Shown: positions 18,717 through 29,698, counted from the stretch's first letter. The stretch: 64,000 bases of DNA from an uncultured Desulfobacter sp. (GCA_963665095.1 OY762069.1:2560001-2624000); one strand, 5' to 3'. Made by a program: numbers and translations. The notes: a model not told the origin generated them from the letters alone.

Positions 18717-20559
18717 AGTAATCTGTCGACCATAGCTGCTCACATATACGTTGGACTAGTTCCTGTCTTTCTTCAAGATCTGCCTTTTTGAATTCAGGAT
18801 GTGCCTTGAAATCCAACTCATTGATTTTTGAGGATTTAAGAAAATTTGGGTTCTTTTCATAATAATCAGGATGCAGTGTTTTTGCGTATGTATTCTCTTT
18901 CAGATAGTGTTTAAGCTTATCTTTGTATTTATCGCTACTGAATGATTGATTCGTCCCATTTGGCAAAAGGATCAATGCACCTATCGAATTCCGCCAGTCC
19001 TGGAAATCACTCTCTTGCTCAAACTCATCTTTGAAATATTCAAATTTATCTGCCCAGATATGCTCAATCTCAAACTGTTTGCCTTTGGGATGCTGATAAC
19101 TCACATAATTGTTTGTCTTTCCTACGAGACTATCAAGATAACTTGAAATCCTTGATAACAGGTGTTTGACAAATTTCCTATTTTGTCCATGAAGGCCGAA
19201 ATCCTGAATACCATCCCATTTGTGTTCTATCTCGTCAATAGCTTCAGTGAGATTCTTACCTAATGTCTCTAAATCGTTGTTTCTTATCCGTTTAATGAGG
19301 TTGAACATTGTGTATTTGATAGTTGTCTGTCCGAATTTTTTGTAGTTGACAGCCCTTCTGACTGTAAATGTCTCGATAAATCTTGCCACAAAATCAAGCT
19401 TCTTTTCAACAGTCTCTTCATCATCTTCAAACTTGATCGATGATAAAAGAAATGGATCTTGCAAGGAATCCGCTATACCCCAATTATAGATGTAGTGCAG
19501 ATGTGGGATCTGATCATCCATATTGTTCCATGAGTTACATGTCCTGATGTACCATTTTACGAAGAAAGGAAATTGATTCTTGAAGAATCCATAGAAATCA
19601 TTTGAATTTTTTAGGCCGAAAAGCTTTCTGTGGTTATCCTTGAACCAATTATGGAACCTCGAACCTATAAGTTCAAAATCTTTATTCTCAGATCCAGCCT
19701 GGCCAGGCCTTATACTGACTGCATATTTTCCCCTGAACCATGCTTGGAAAAAGGCTTGGTCAGCAGTTTCATCATACTCATGCAGCTTTTGTATCTGGGT
19801 CTTCCATATATCGTTAATTTCGTTCCGCTTGTCTGGATCAGTTATCTTCGAAAGGACAAAGCCTTTCAGCATCTCAGAGGGGGTCAGATTAAGTCCTCTG
19901 TCATTCATGGTCTCGAATATTACATATGCATTCTCATCCGAATAAGCCATTATCTCGACTAATACGACATTTTCAATGAACCAATCGACGAAATATGGAA
20001 GAGCTTCATTTGTTAGGTCCTCTGGAAATGAATGATCGATATCAGCGTACCGTTCAACCATGTTTCGGACTGTCTCATCGTCATTATCTTTGACGTCATA
20101 TTTTCCTTCTTCAAATAGTGCCTTGAGACAGGGTTCACGCTGATCATCTGTCATGTTGAATGATTTTTCTCCATATTTCTCAGAGAATATCAGCTTACTG
20201 ATAGAGACCTTATCGTCCCTTTTAGCTTGCAGGTGGTTTAGGTATATAAGAAGCAGAGTGATTGATGTTATCCTCTGCTGGCCGTCAATAATAGATTTCT
20301 TGCCATTTGTCGAATTTACGCTGAAGACGACAGGGCCAAGATAATAGCTTTGGTACTTAGCGACATCTGAACGTCGGTCTTCGGGTTTATAAGATTTCAA
20401 GAAAGTAGATGTCAGGTCCTCGACAAGCAGTTTGATGTGCTTTTCCTGCCAACGGAATTCCCTCTGGAAATAATCAATAAAGAATTTCTGGTCTTTCAGC
20501 AATGAACTGATGCTCTTGTTTATGGCCTCAATCTTGTTAGCCAATGGGTTCGTTGTCAT
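18703..20559 (-). CDS. GmrSD-family type IV restriction protein (DUF262 + DUF1524)
   Basis: FQREFRW, IIDGQQRIT, FETMNDRG, EIEHIW, IGALILL...N. Confidence 0.88.
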   Translation of the reverse strand: MTTNPLANKIEAINKSISSLLKDQKFFIDYFQREFRWQEKHIKLLVEDLTSTFLKSYKPEDRRSDVAKYQSYYLGPVVFSVNSTNGKKSIIDGQQRITSITLLLIYLNHLQAKRDDKVSISKLIFSEKYGEKSFNMTDDQREPCLKALFEEGKYDVKDNDDETVRNMVERYADIDHSFPEDLTNEALPYFVDWFIENVVLVEIMAYSDENAYVIFETMNDRGLNLTPSEMLKGFVLSKITDPDKRNEINDIWKTQIQKLHEYDETADQAFFQAWFRGKYAVSIRPGQAGSENKDFELIGSRFHNWFKDNHRKLFGLKNSNDFYGFFKNQFPFFVKWYIRTCNSWNNMDDQIPHLHYIYNWGIADSLQDPFLLSSIKFEDDEETVEKKLDFVARFIETFTVRRAVNYKKFGQTTIKYTMFNLIKRIRNNDLETLGKNLTEAIDEIEHKWDGIQDFGLHGQNRKFVKHLLSRISSYLDSLVGKTNNYVSYQHPKGKQFEIEHIWADKFEYFKDEFEQESDFQDWRNSIGALILLPNGTNQSFSSDKYKDKLKHYLKENTYAKTLHPDYYEKNPNFLKSSKINELDFKAHPEFKKADLEERQELVQRICEQLWSTDYFKAA

Positions 20560-20761
20560 TTTTATGAGCCTTCATATATTTTGTGATTTATTGCAATCCA
20601 AGATATCTTAAAATGTCTTAATCATTTATAATATTTGCGTAAATGTCATAATCGGAAACAATACCTGGGTAAAACAAACCATCAGAAATTTTTTGGTTCA
20701 ATAAAAATGTTAATTATATATCTAAAAGCATTATTAAATCAAGCATAAGCAAATAATTGAA

Positions 20762-21085
20762 TCAACAATCTCGGATTCTTATCTTATCCAAAAATCTTCT
20801 CAAATACCCGCCAAAATCCCGAACTGTCCCGTAATAGATCTTTTTAAACGGTGTCCTGTAATTTTCCCATGACCCTTTTTTGATCTCTTTGACATGGAAC
20901 ACGATGATCTTGTCATCCCATGACAGGCCATATTCAGACACAAGGATCTTTGGAATTGTCGGGTATGGTTTCAGGAAAGTCTTTACGTGCTTGTTTTTCC
21001 GGAGATTCCTGTATTTTTTCGGGACATTGTCTGAATCCGAATAAATTTTGACAAATTTTTTGACAATCAGGACCATTTTCTTCAC
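20762..21085 (-). CDS. Basic hypothetical protein
   Basis: 107-aa ORF directly downstream of the ATPase. Confidence 0.4.
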   Translation of the reverse strand: MKKMVLIVKKFVKIYSDSDNVPKKYRNLRKNKHVKTFLKPYPTIPKILVSEYGLSWDDKIIVFHVKEIKKGSWENYRTPFKKIYYGTVRDFGGYLRRFLDKIRIRDC

Positions 21086-21089
21086 ACCC

Positions 21090-22451
21090 TTAGGGGGATA
21101 CCCTCAAGGACTTTTTCAGAATATCATCTGTCACCTTTCCTTTGATGATTCGGATATGTGGCACATTGATAAGCATCGGTCTTGTGGCCCTTCCTTTCAG
21201 TTTTACGATTGCCTGACCGATTTTCAAAAGATCGATATATTTCATTTCTTCGATCTCAAGCATCATGCATTGGGAAATATCAAGGATATCCTTGCCATTG
21301 CCGAGATTGAAAGTGATTTTGCAATAAGTGTTTGCCTTAATAGAATCAGAGAGTTTGCTTGGTTCCTGATCAATAGCTACGATTGCCTCACCGAACTCCC
21401 TTATCTGACGAAGTGATGTTTCAATTATGGTCTCAGCACCATCCAAATTTTCTTTTTGGTTGGAAAGGATGTGGTGGGCTTCTTCAATCAGGATTGCGTG
21501 CTTGAATAATTCTCGCTTAGATTCATTTTTCCGGTATTCGTATATCCAAAGGATTAAGGCTTCAGTGAAAAACACCTTATCATTGTCACTGACTGAATCC
21601 ATCTCGATGATGATATCTTGTTCCAACAATTTCCCTATATCGATCTTTTCCTTTGTCTCAAACGAAATGCCAAGGCCATACTTATACGTCATACTCTCAA
21701 GTGCTCTCATTGTTGACGCTTTCCAAAGAGACATCCTGCCTGTAAGTGGTAAGCTTAAAACATAAGCTTTTATCTCAGAAAATGTCGGGTATGAACCTGA
21801 CCCTTCAAACACGCCATGCCGTTCATAAACTTTTTCAATTGCGAGCCGCAGTAGATATTCAACCCCGTCACCACAGAAATATGCGTGCTTTATTATATCG
21901 ACAAGCCTTGCAAGCCAAACACCTGGATCAATCTTATCAGGCGGGATAAGTGGATTGAAAAAAAACGCTGATATCCTGCTTCCTATAGTATAAATTTTCA
22001 AATCCTCAAATCTGCTTAGCTGGATCAAGTCCCTGTAATTCCTTTTCCAATCAAAAACCATGAATGGTTTTTTATTCTTTTTAAGCTCTTTTAGGATCTG
22101 GAAACATAGATTTGTTTTTCCGACACCAGACATGCCTGTGATAAGAATATGCTTGAGCCATTCATTCTCTCTAATTCCAAATCTGGCATAACTTTTATCA
22201 GGATAAATGATGGTGCCTAAATGATATTCGCCTTCGCATGCATATGTAGGTTCAGGGTCAAGATGAATATTTTTATTGAAATCCTTTCCGATTTTTTGGT
22301 CAAGTAGAATATCTATCAATTCTTCTGTTTCTTGACGTTCCTCAGAATCTCCTGAAAGATATAGCAACCATAAGAGGTCTGCCTGGTCGTCAACAGATTT
22401 CAGTTTCCGCAGTTTTTCAGAAATCTCAGGCATGGTGATCTTATGTTGCAT
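21090..22451 (-). CDS. HerA/VirB4-like (DUF87) ATPase
   Basis: HILITGMSGVGKT, VFDWKRNY, FNPL, ILIEEAH, REFGE, DQEPS. Confidence 0.82.
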   Translation of the reverse strand: MQHKITMPEISEKLRKLKSVDDQADLLWLLYLSGDSEERQETEELIDILLDQKIGKDFNKNIHLDPEPTYACEGEYHLGTIIYPDKSYARFGIRENEWLKHILITGMSGVGKTNLCFQILKELKKNKKPFMVFDWKRNYRDLIQLSRFEDLKIYTIGSRISAFFFNPLIPPDKIDPGVWLARLVDIIKHAYFCGDGVEYLLRLAIEKVYERHGVFEGSGSYPTFSEIKAYVLSLPLTGRMSLWKASTMRALESMTYKYGLGISFETKEKIDIGKLLEQDIIIEMDSVSDNDKVFFTEALILWIYEYRKNESKRELFKHAILIEEAHHILSNQKENLDGAETIIETSLRQIREFGEAIVAIDQEPSKLSDSIKANTYCKITFNLGNGKDILDISQCMMLEIEEMKYIDLLKIGQAIVKLKGRATRPMLINVPHIRIIKGKVTDDILKKSLRVSP

Positions 22452-22458
22452 TGCTCAT

Positions 22459-22731
22459 CTATTTGAATCGTTCTTTGATGCCTTTCATCTTTTCATGGAT
22501 ACTCAAAAGTTTTCGGTAACAATCAATCTCAGCAATTTCACGTTTCTGCCTCAGCTCGGTCAGATACTTCTCATACCATTCCATCTGCTTTTTAATACGG
22601 TACGCCTTCTCTTCAGCATTCTGAATCCGGTAATTGATAATCCGCAATGCTTCATTTTTTTCTTTTATTGCCCTGTCCATTTCATATTTCAGGACTTCGA
22701 TTTGAGTATCCTTGTTTATGTCATTATCCAT
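22459..22731 (-). CDS. Small coiled-coil hypothetical protein
   Basis: 90-aa charged helical ORF 7 nt upstream of the ATPase. Confidence 0.5.
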   Translation of the reverse strand: MDNDINKDTQIEVLKYEMDRAIKEKNEALRIINYRIQNAEEKAYRIKKQMEWYEKYLTELRQKREIAEIDCYRKLLSIHEKMKGIKERFK

Positions 22732-22891
22732 AAGATGAATCGATCGTTTGGTGATTTATGAATTTTGTAATGCATTTTGCAGTGCCATAATCATTTCTAA
22801 AAAACACGAGGAGCTAAAAAATCAAGATAAACCAATCTTGGTTTATTTCAGGGGTGAAGAGATATATTCTAAACCATCAATAGATAGAGGA

Positions 22892-23134
22892 ATGGTAAAG
22901 ATAAGGACGATCCAGGTCAGGTTGGATAGGCAGCAGTATGACAGGATAAAAACCGATTGCAAAAATCAAGGTTTCAACTCACTATCTGCATATTTCCGAT
23001 TTTTAGCGTTGTACCGGGATCGAATTTTATCAAAAAAGATACTTGAGATCCATGATTCAATCGTCGGTCAAAAATCATCGAAAAATTCATCCTATAAAAA
23101 ATCTCACGATGAAGAACTCAAAAAGGCCTTATAA
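22892..23134 (+). CDS. Ribbon-helix-helix-like regulator
   Basis: RTIQVRLDRQQYDRIK...GFNSLSAYFR pattern; RBS GAGG. Confidence 0.5.
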   Translation: MVKIRTIQVRLDRQQYDRIKTDCKNQGFNSLSAYFRFLALYRDRILSKKILEIHDSIVGQKSSKNSSYKKSHDEELKKAL

Positions 23135-23618
23135 ATATTATATTGCGACATTCAATGACTATACTCTCTCGAATATCGAAAACAAAAAGACAAGAGATGT
23201 TGCTGTAACAGGCAATAATGGCAAGCCTGATTTATTGAACAATATCCTAAAAGATAAGTTTGACACGATCAGGGTCTCTTTGTCTGATATAGTATATGAG
23301 ATCCACACCCGGTCGTCACTTGATCATACACTGACTGGCAGAATCAACGATGAAATCTGCGAATTAAGAACCAACCTCATGGAACTTGAAAACTGGCCGA
23401 TCGGCAGCAATATGGCAATCGATAAACGAAGGCAAAATCTTGAAGACAAAATCAATGGACTTGAAAAAGAGCTTCGCAACAAAGATATCCGAAGATGGCA
23501 GGATCTCGTTGTCCTGAAAAAAGAATTCAGAAAAACATTCCGGGAATATAAAGACATAAAAAGGAAATTCCTGATAATCGAAGATGGAAACAAAAAGCGA
23601 ATCGAAAATCGAGAATAG
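23043..23618 (+). CDS. Coiled-coil hypothetical protein
   Basis: 191-aa ORF; start uncertain. Confidence 0.5.
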   Translation: MRSMIQSSVKNHRKIHPIKNLTMKNSKRPYKYYIATFNDYTLSNIENKKTRDVAVTGNNGKPDLLNNILKDKFDTIRVSLSDIVYEIHTRSSLDHTLTGRINDEICELRTNLMELENWPIGSNMAIDKRRQNLEDKINGLEKELRNKDIRRWQDLVVLKKEFRKTFREYKDIKRKFLIIEDGNKKRIENRE

Positions 23619-23717
23619 TATCAAGGATCATGATGAAATTGACACTCCAAAATGGATCAAAATTCTGAAGGACAGTTTCATCAAATATGGCTGATTTCTT
23701 TATATAGGTCCATTATC

Positions 23718-23731
23718 GAAAAGTTTATATA
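23718..23731 (+). promoter_or_regulatory. Archaeal-type BRE/TATA motif upstream of the integrase
   Basis: GAAAAG-TTTATATA; a second motif CAAAATATTTAAA at 23848-23860. Confidence 0.4.
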
Positions 23732-23884
23732 ACCAGTTCTACTCAATTCATTCAGTTAGTCAGGTTTTTATCAAAAAAAAGATGGGAGTTGAACAAATCT
23801 GTTCATTGCCCGCCAGGGGCTTATATACATTTTCGTTCAATTCCCTACAAAATATTTAAAGAAACCTGGCTTGAGGTACTTTAA

Positions 23885-25084
23885 ATGAAACACATTGAGG
23901 AAATTGACATCCATAATGCGGAATATAGGTATCAGATTGCAATCAAGAATTTCAGAAATGATCCGGATGCAACTGATGCGAATAAAACATATATTCAGGA
24001 TTTTCTGAGCGACTGTCAGATCGGAAAGACGATTCTCAAGAAGGCCAAGAAAAAAATCAAGGCTAAGAGGCTGATGAAATACTTATACATATTAAAAAAG
24101 GTCGACCTGTTTCTTAAAAAAGATTTCAAAAATGTCACCCAAAATGACATGGAAAATTTTATCAGGAAACTGGAAAGCAATGAGCTGACGACAATGAATC
24201 AGAACGGGACATTGAAAAAGCATCATTATGGAGAATGGACAAAACATGATATAAAAATTGCATTGAAAAAATTCTACAAATGGCTTCTCGGTAATAATTC
24301 TGAGTATCCGTCAATCGTTTCTTGGATTGATACGCATATCAAAGAATCAGACCCACCTGCATTGAATAAAGACGAAATTGATTCTCTATCTGAATACGCA
24401 ATTGGTCCAAGATCGAAAGCTTTGGTCTGGTGCCTCTTTGAAACCGGTGCACGGGCAAGTGAACTTCTCAATGTCCGATTATGCCATGTATCCGATAAAG
24501 GAAAACATTTTATCATCAGAATCGAATTTTCAAAAACATTCAAAAGATCTGTACCGATTTTTGAGGGACATGAATTCTTAAAAGAATGGTTGATTGTGCA
24601 CCCTGACAAAAACAATCCAGAAGCACAACTGTTTCCGATGACATATGGGGCATTAAGGATGTGGTTGAAACGTCTGGGTAAAAAAGCACTCAAAAAAGAA
24701 GTCCATCCCCATTTAATGAGGCATAGTTATGCTACTTGGCTTGCCGGAAAGAAAGTCGGCAGGTATCAAATGTGCAAATTGATGGGTTGGGCAATGAGTT
24801 CAAACATGCCTGACAGGTATATAGACCGTCAAGGTGTAATCGAAGAAGAGACAATTCAGAGCATTAGGGGCGATGAACTCAAAAAAGAACATGCAGTCAA
24901 TCATGAATTGAAAAATGAGCTTAACACCCTTCAAATGAAATATAACCAGATCATCGAACAGCTTGAACGAAAAAAAGGGGTCGACAATCTGATGGAAAAA
25001 TTGGTTGCAGATACCGAAGTCCAACAGATTCTATGCCAGAAGATCAAGGAAATGGGCCTCAAAACAGAGTTTTCACAGCTTTGA
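23885..25084 (+). CDS. Tyrosine recombinase/integrase (archaeal XerA-like type) with C-terminal coiled coil
   Basis: ETGARASELL, SKT, HPHLMRHSYAT, MGW, RYI. Confidence 0.9.
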   Translation: MKHIEEIDIHNAEYRYQIAIKNFRNDPDATDANKTYIQDFLSDCQIGKTILKKAKKKIKAKRLMKYLYILKKVDLFLKKDFKNVTQNDMENFIRKLESNELTTMNQNGTLKKHHYGEWTKHDIKIALKKFYKWLLGNNSEYPSIVSWIDTHIKESDPPALNKDEIDSLSEYAIGPRSKALVWCLFETGARASELLNVRLCHVSDKGKHFIIRIEFSKTFKRSVPIFEGHEFLKEWLIVHPDKNNPEAQLFPMTYGALRMWLKRLGKKALKKEVHPHLMRHSYATWLAGKKVGRYQMCKLMGWAMSSNMPDRYIDRQGVIEEETIQSIRGDELKKEHAVNHELKNELNTLQMKYNQIIEQLERKKGVDNLMEKLVADTEVQQILCQKIKEMGLKTEFSQL

Positions 25085-25276
25085 CTGATTCTGAAAATTT
25101 TATTAATTATTTCAGCCTTTTTCTACTGATTCTGCTGTCTATAAATAAGAGGAAAAGGGATGGAGAATAGCATAAATGAGGGGTCAATTATGGAAATAGG
25201 TATTGGGTAAATAATGGAATAATGCAGTACAAAGTTAATAAGTGCTCCTGCAATTAATTGGTTTAAGAGAGGTTGA

Positions 25277-25804
25277 TTGTGGGGGAATGATACCATGAAT
25301 TCACGGTATGTTGATTGGCAAAAAGAGTATCAGAGAGATACATGGGAATATGTAGGCAGGGATGCCCTTGTAAAAACACATGGTGAGTATTCAAGGGGTA
25401 ATCCTGACGGAGTGGAAGCTGACGATGGTTATCCGATGATGAATTTTGCGTATCCATTGAATAATGATGATGTCAGCCTGGAAAAAATTGTAGAGGTATG
25501 TGAAAAGACGAACTGTACTGTCATATATAATAACGAAGATGACAGATATTACCTTGCCCTTACAGGCGGTGGTATGGATCTTACACAGGATATTGCACTT
25601 GCATACATGATCGCAGACGGCTGCATAGAATGGGACATGCTCCGGGATGTTTATATCGATGCACCTTTAAGCGTAAGCAAGAATGAATATAAAATGATCC
25701 TGACCGAACTTCAAAGACAGCTTCAAATTTCAATCAGCAATTATCAATCACAGCTCAAAAGGGTAAATCAGAATCTGGAATCAATTCTTGATAAAAAAGA
25801 TTGA
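25277..25804 (+). CDS. Hypothetical mobile-element protein
   Basis: 175-aa ORF with PMMNFAYPL and YLALTGGGMDL motifs. Confidence 0.6.
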   Translation: MWGNDTMNSRYVDWQKEYQRDTWEYVGRDALVKTHGEYSRGNPDGVEADDGYPMMNFAYPLNNDDVSLEKIVEVCEKTNCTVIYNNEDDRYYLALTGGGMDLTQDIALAYMIADGCIEWDMLRDVYIDAPLSVSKNEYKMILTELQRQLQISISNYQSQLKRVNQNLESILDKKD

Positions 25805-25836
25805 GACTGTGAAAAAAGTCTTTTGGAGGACAAAAA

Positions 25837-26145
25837 ATGGATGAAAAAAAGAATTGGGAATACATCGAGACTGAAGTCTGGAAACCGACCAAAGATAAAG
25901 ATCATCTGATCGGCACACTGATTGGCAAGGCAGAAAAAGATGAAAATATCGGTGCCAGGTATTATGTTGAAAACAATTCCGGCAAATTCATTGTGTGGGG
26001 TAGTGCAATCCTTGATAACAAGATGCAGTTCGTAAACATCGGTCAGACTGTCCGGATCTGTTATAAAGGAAAATCAAAAGGCAGGAATGGCCAGGACCTG
26101 AACAATTTCACAGTCGCTGTACAGAAGGCTTCCCTATCCAGTTGA
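25837..26145 (+). CDS. Putative OB-fold/ssDNA-binding protein (paralogue 1)
   Basis: VWKP...LIG...VWGSAILDNKM...IGQTVRI; paralogous to 28182-28550. Confidence 0.55.
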   Translation: MDEKKNWEYIETEVWKPTKDKDHLIGTLIGKAEKDENIGARYYVENNSGKFIVWGSAILDNKMQFVNIGQTVRICYKGKSKGRNGQDLNNFTVAVQKASLSS

Positions 26146-26419
26146 CAGTATGATCTGAACCATTCTGATGTTTGAGGCGGCATTGATGACTCTTGCAGTC
26201 CATGATGCAGATACAGATTCGAATTTGAAATAGCTTTTATAGACTGACATCCAAATCAAATTTTCATTTTTAAATTTAAATGTATCATCGCTAAAAAATT
26301 CTTCATCAATATCAATCCAGTTGAATTATCTATCAGCTAACATCTTCCTGGGACATGAATCTATGTGACTTTCCCGCCCAACTTTCCGGGGCGGCAAAGA
26401 TCCCCGGAGGTAGATATGA

Positions 26420-28009
26420 ATGGAAATCGATACGGAAAAAATAATTGTTAAAAACAATCCAAGAAAAGATTTCGGTAACATGGACGAACTGGTTGCATCT
26501 GTCAAGGAAAAAGGTGTCATTGAACCGATTGTCGTAAAAAATCTTGGAAACGGAAATTTTGAACTGATAGCTGGCGAACGACGGCTTCGAGCTGCCAAAT
26601 CCGCAGGTTTGAAAACAATCCCTTACTGCCAATATTCTGAACAAAATGATACTGACATTGAAGAGGTCAAGCTTGTTGAGAACATGCACAGGAAAGGTTT
26701 CAATCCTGTTGAAGAAGCCGAAGCGTTCAATCAATACCTGGACATTACAAAACAAAGCATCGATACTCTGGCCCAAAAGATATCTAAGCCGAAGATGTAT
26801 ATCCAACGACGCCTTGAACTTCTGGCTCTTCCTGATGAGATAACAATTGCATTATCTGAAGGAAAAATCCAGCTTGGCCATGCCTTGATGCTTGCCCGGA
26901 TAAAAAATGTATCTGACCAGAAAAAGATGTTCAAGATGGTTGTCAGCGAAAAAATGGGTGTGCATGAAGCTGAAAAGAATATGAGATACGCAGATTCATC
27001 CGCACAACTCAAAAATTCTGTCTTTGACACTGCATCATGCAAAGGTTGCAGGCATAACGGCGGCGAACAGTCACTTTTATTTGAATCCGGGACTGGATTG
27101 AAAGACCTCTGCCTGAACAAGAGATGCTTTATCTCAAAAACTCTTGCCTGGAAAGAACAGGAAATAAAGAACCTGAAAAAAGACGGCGTCAAGGTTCTCT
27201 CCCCTACTAACCTTGAAAAGCTCAAGACCAAGCAACATGTCTCAGAATATGACGATGATTATAAATCGGTCGTACAGAAACTGTCCAAAGAGCCAGAAAA
27301 CTATGCAGTGGTGTTTGATGAAGATTATCGTGGTGTGCCCATAAAACATATCTATTGCACCAACCCAAAAGCGAGACGAGCAGCATCCAGACCTCAGACA
27401 GTCAATGATGAAAAGGAAAGATTGCAGAATGCAAATGACAAACTTAAATCCAGGGTCCATGAATTCAGAAGGAATTTCCTGATTGAAAAATCAAGACAGC
27501 TGATTGCCACTGGAAAAAAGGAATCAAAAGCCATGACATTGTACTCATTGTTAAGAGAGGGGTGTGACTGGAAGGATCGGGCCAAACGGGACCTTACCCA
27601 GGACATCATCAAATCTTCAAAGACCGGTGTTGAAATCTACGGTTGCATCGAGCCAAACTTCAGCAAGATTCTATCCCTTGATGAAAACGAGATTGACAGG
27701 CTTATAACTGAGGTCTCATCTTTGTGGATAAAAAACCTTGGCAATGAACTCCAAAAAGCTTCAGCGGTTTTCGGTGTCGATATAAAAAAGCATTTCGTCA
27801 TCACTGAAGATTATCTGAAACTTCATACAAAAGACCAGCTGATATCCCTTGCAAAAGAGATAGGTCTTGACAGACATCTGGATAAAAAAGGCATTGAGAA
27901 ATGGGACAAGGCAAAACGTTCAGAACTGATAGATAATTTCCTTGACTCCGGTTTTGACCTGAAAGGCAAAGTCCCGGTCATTATGAAAAAAGGAGTAGCT
28001 AATCAATAG
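26420..28009 (+). CDS. parB: ParB/RepB/Spo0J-family protein with extended C-terminus
   Basis: LVASVKEKGVIEPIVV, IAGERRLRAA, LVENMHR, NPVEEA, HTH, CxxC. Confidence 0.85.
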   Translation: MEIDTEKIIVKNNPRKDFGNMDELVASVKEKGVIEPIVVKNLGNGNFELIAGERRLRAAKSAGLKTIPYCQYSEQNDTDIEEVKLVENMHRKGFNPVEEAEAFNQYLDITKQSIDTLAQKISKPKMYIQRRLELLALPDEITIALSEGKIQLGHALMLARIKNVSDQKKMFKMVVSEKMGVHEAEKNMRYADSSAQLKNSVFDTASCKGCRHNGGEQSLLFESGTGLKDLCLNKRCFISKTLAWKEQEIKNLKKDGVKVLSPTNLEKLKTKQHVSEYDDDYKSVVQKLSKEPENYAVVFDEDYRGVPIKHIYCTNPKARRAASRPQTVNDEKERLQNANDKLKSRVHEFRRNFLIEKSRQLIATGKKESKAMTLYSLLREGCDWKDRAKRDLTQDIIKSSKTGVEIYGCIEPNFSKILSLDENEIDRLITEVSSLWIKNLGNELQKASAVFGVDIKKHFVITEDYLKLHTKDQLISLAKEIGLDRHLDKKGIEKWDKAKRSELIDNFLDSGFDLKGKVPVIMKKGVANQ

Positions 28010-28181
28010 CTGACAGATATTTTGGGTATCCCCCTTAATCCTGAAGGGGAATTACCCTTTTGGAGCGTGAGATGCAAGATGAAAAAAGACAGCTTGAATG
28101 ACAAACTGTGGTATGACGCATGGATAGAATCCTTTGAAGATGACTATCCAATGAATAAAAACAAGACCGAGGTGGCAAACA

Positions 28182-28550
28182 ATGTCAGGAAATGAATGGC
28201 AAAAGATAGAACCAGGTGTCTGGAAACCTGAAAATAAAGGTGACTCAATAATCGGTGTTCTTATCAGTAAAGAGCCAAAAACTGAAGATTCAAGCGCTAG
28301 ATACAATATCGAGAACCAAGACGGCATATTCCTTGTCTGGGGAACGACCATACTTGACGACCGGCTCCGGCATGTCCAGATAGGCCAAAAATTAAAGATT
28401 GTTTTTAATGGCAAGACTAAAAATAAGCGTGGCCAGGACCTGAACCTTTATGAAGTTGCTGTCGCAAAAAATCCGAAGAACAACCAAGTATTGACGGATT
28501 TGAAATTTAAAAATGGCAACGAGCTTATCCCTGCCGGAGATATCCTTTGA
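28182..28550 (+). CDS. Putative OB-fold/ssDNA-binding protein (paralogue 2)
   Basis: VWKPENKGDSIIG...VWGTTILDDRL...IGQKLKI...GQDLN. Confidence 0.55.
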   Translation: MSGNEWQKIEPGVWKPENKGDSIIGVLISKEPKTEDSSARYNIENQDGIFLVWGTTILDDRLRHVQIGQKLKIVFNGKTKNKRGQDLNLYEVAVAKNPKNNQVLTDLKFKNGNELIPAGDIL

Positions 28551-28623
28551 TTTCTTTTGTTATGATTTTTTCTTTTTCAGTCCAATGCCTTGAGGCCTAA
28601 AAGACCATTCGGAGATGAAATAT

Positions 28624-28776
28624 ATGTCAAAAGATAGCAGATGCGTATGTATGGAATGCCCTAAATGCAAATGTATGGCCCTTGTGATTCATAGTGAGGG
28701 TATATTATCAGACGGCAGGCATTATCCAATGGAACGTTGCATTAATTGCGGATTTGAACCAACAGATTTCGAATAA
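28624..28776 (+). CDS. 50-aa Zn-ribbon microprotein (not in the ORF track)
   Basis: Hand translation MSKDSRCVCMECPKCKC...ERCINCGFEPTDFE; RBS GGAG at 28611. Confidence 0.55.
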   Translation: MSKDSRCVCMECPKCKCMALVIHSEGILSDGRHYPMERCINCGFEPTDFE

Positions 28777-29003
28777 ATTTCTAAGATTTCTTTTTTTATA
28801 TTGAGATTTTCCTGTCAATTTACTGCTAAAGCTTTAAAAGCGATTTGCCATTGAGGGAAAATCGCCAATTTAAATCTTTCCCCTTCGGGTCGCTTATGAC
28901 AGCGATTGTCCTTTCTGAACCAACCTACACTAAATTTTCATTCTCCGATTTATTGTCACGGTTCGCTATCTGATATCTAGTTTGGCCCGCTCTCATTTTT
29001 CTG

Positions 29004-29621
29004 TTGAATGAGAGCGGACGCAAAGACGCCCGTTCTTGGAGGCATATAAAAATGAACCGAGAACAGATAAGTTCAGAAGTTGATGCATGGATTGCAGAAG
29101 AAGAATTACCGACCTGCTTAAAACCGGTAAAGATGTACGACAGCCTGTATCCTGGCAATGATGAAGAAGAAAGAGAAGCGTACCTGGATTTCATGCACTG
29201 GCATTTGACCAAAGATTGGGAATTATTGAACCTGATACCAGACAACAGGAACACGGACTATTTCCAGAATCCAATATCAGCAAATGAAGACAGTGCCTTT
29301 TACACGATGGATTATCGGAAAAAGGCTGGATACAGCTTCAGCGGGTATTACTTAAGATTAAAGAAAATATACGAAAGAATCAAAGACCTTGCCATATTGC
29401 ACAGCTCTATAAGCCATGAGGAAGGCAGAGCAAATATCAGGCAGAGGTACAACAATCTGGTCGATGATGAATTTCGGACCCAGAGAAACGAGATTCTTGA
29501 CACATTGAGGAAAAATCCTCAGTTGATAGACAAAGGTAAGGCATTAGAGCGATTGTCAGAACTCAATATCAGAATCAGCAAAGCATACAGCATCTGGAAT
29601 CAATATGCGGACTGGAAATAG
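29004..29621 (+). CDS. Hypothetical protein (start possibly ATG 29052)
   Basis: 205-aa ORF; RBS GGAGG before ATG 29052. Confidence 0.6.
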   Translation: MNESGRKDARSWRHIKMNREQISSEVDAWIAEEELPTCLKPVKMYDSLYPGNDEEEREAYLDFMHWHLTKDWELLNLIPDNRNTDYFQNPISANEDSAFYTMDYRKKAGYSFSGYYLRLKKIYERIKDLAILHSSISHEEGRANIRQRYNNLVDDEFRTQRNEILDTLRKNPQLIDKGKALERLSELNIRISKAYSIWNQYADWK

Positions 29622-29698
29622 GTGCATCCGGAACAGGATGCCTTCTTGATGATTCCCATTACTAAGCAGATGGGAATCATCCCGGAGGTAAACTGAAA

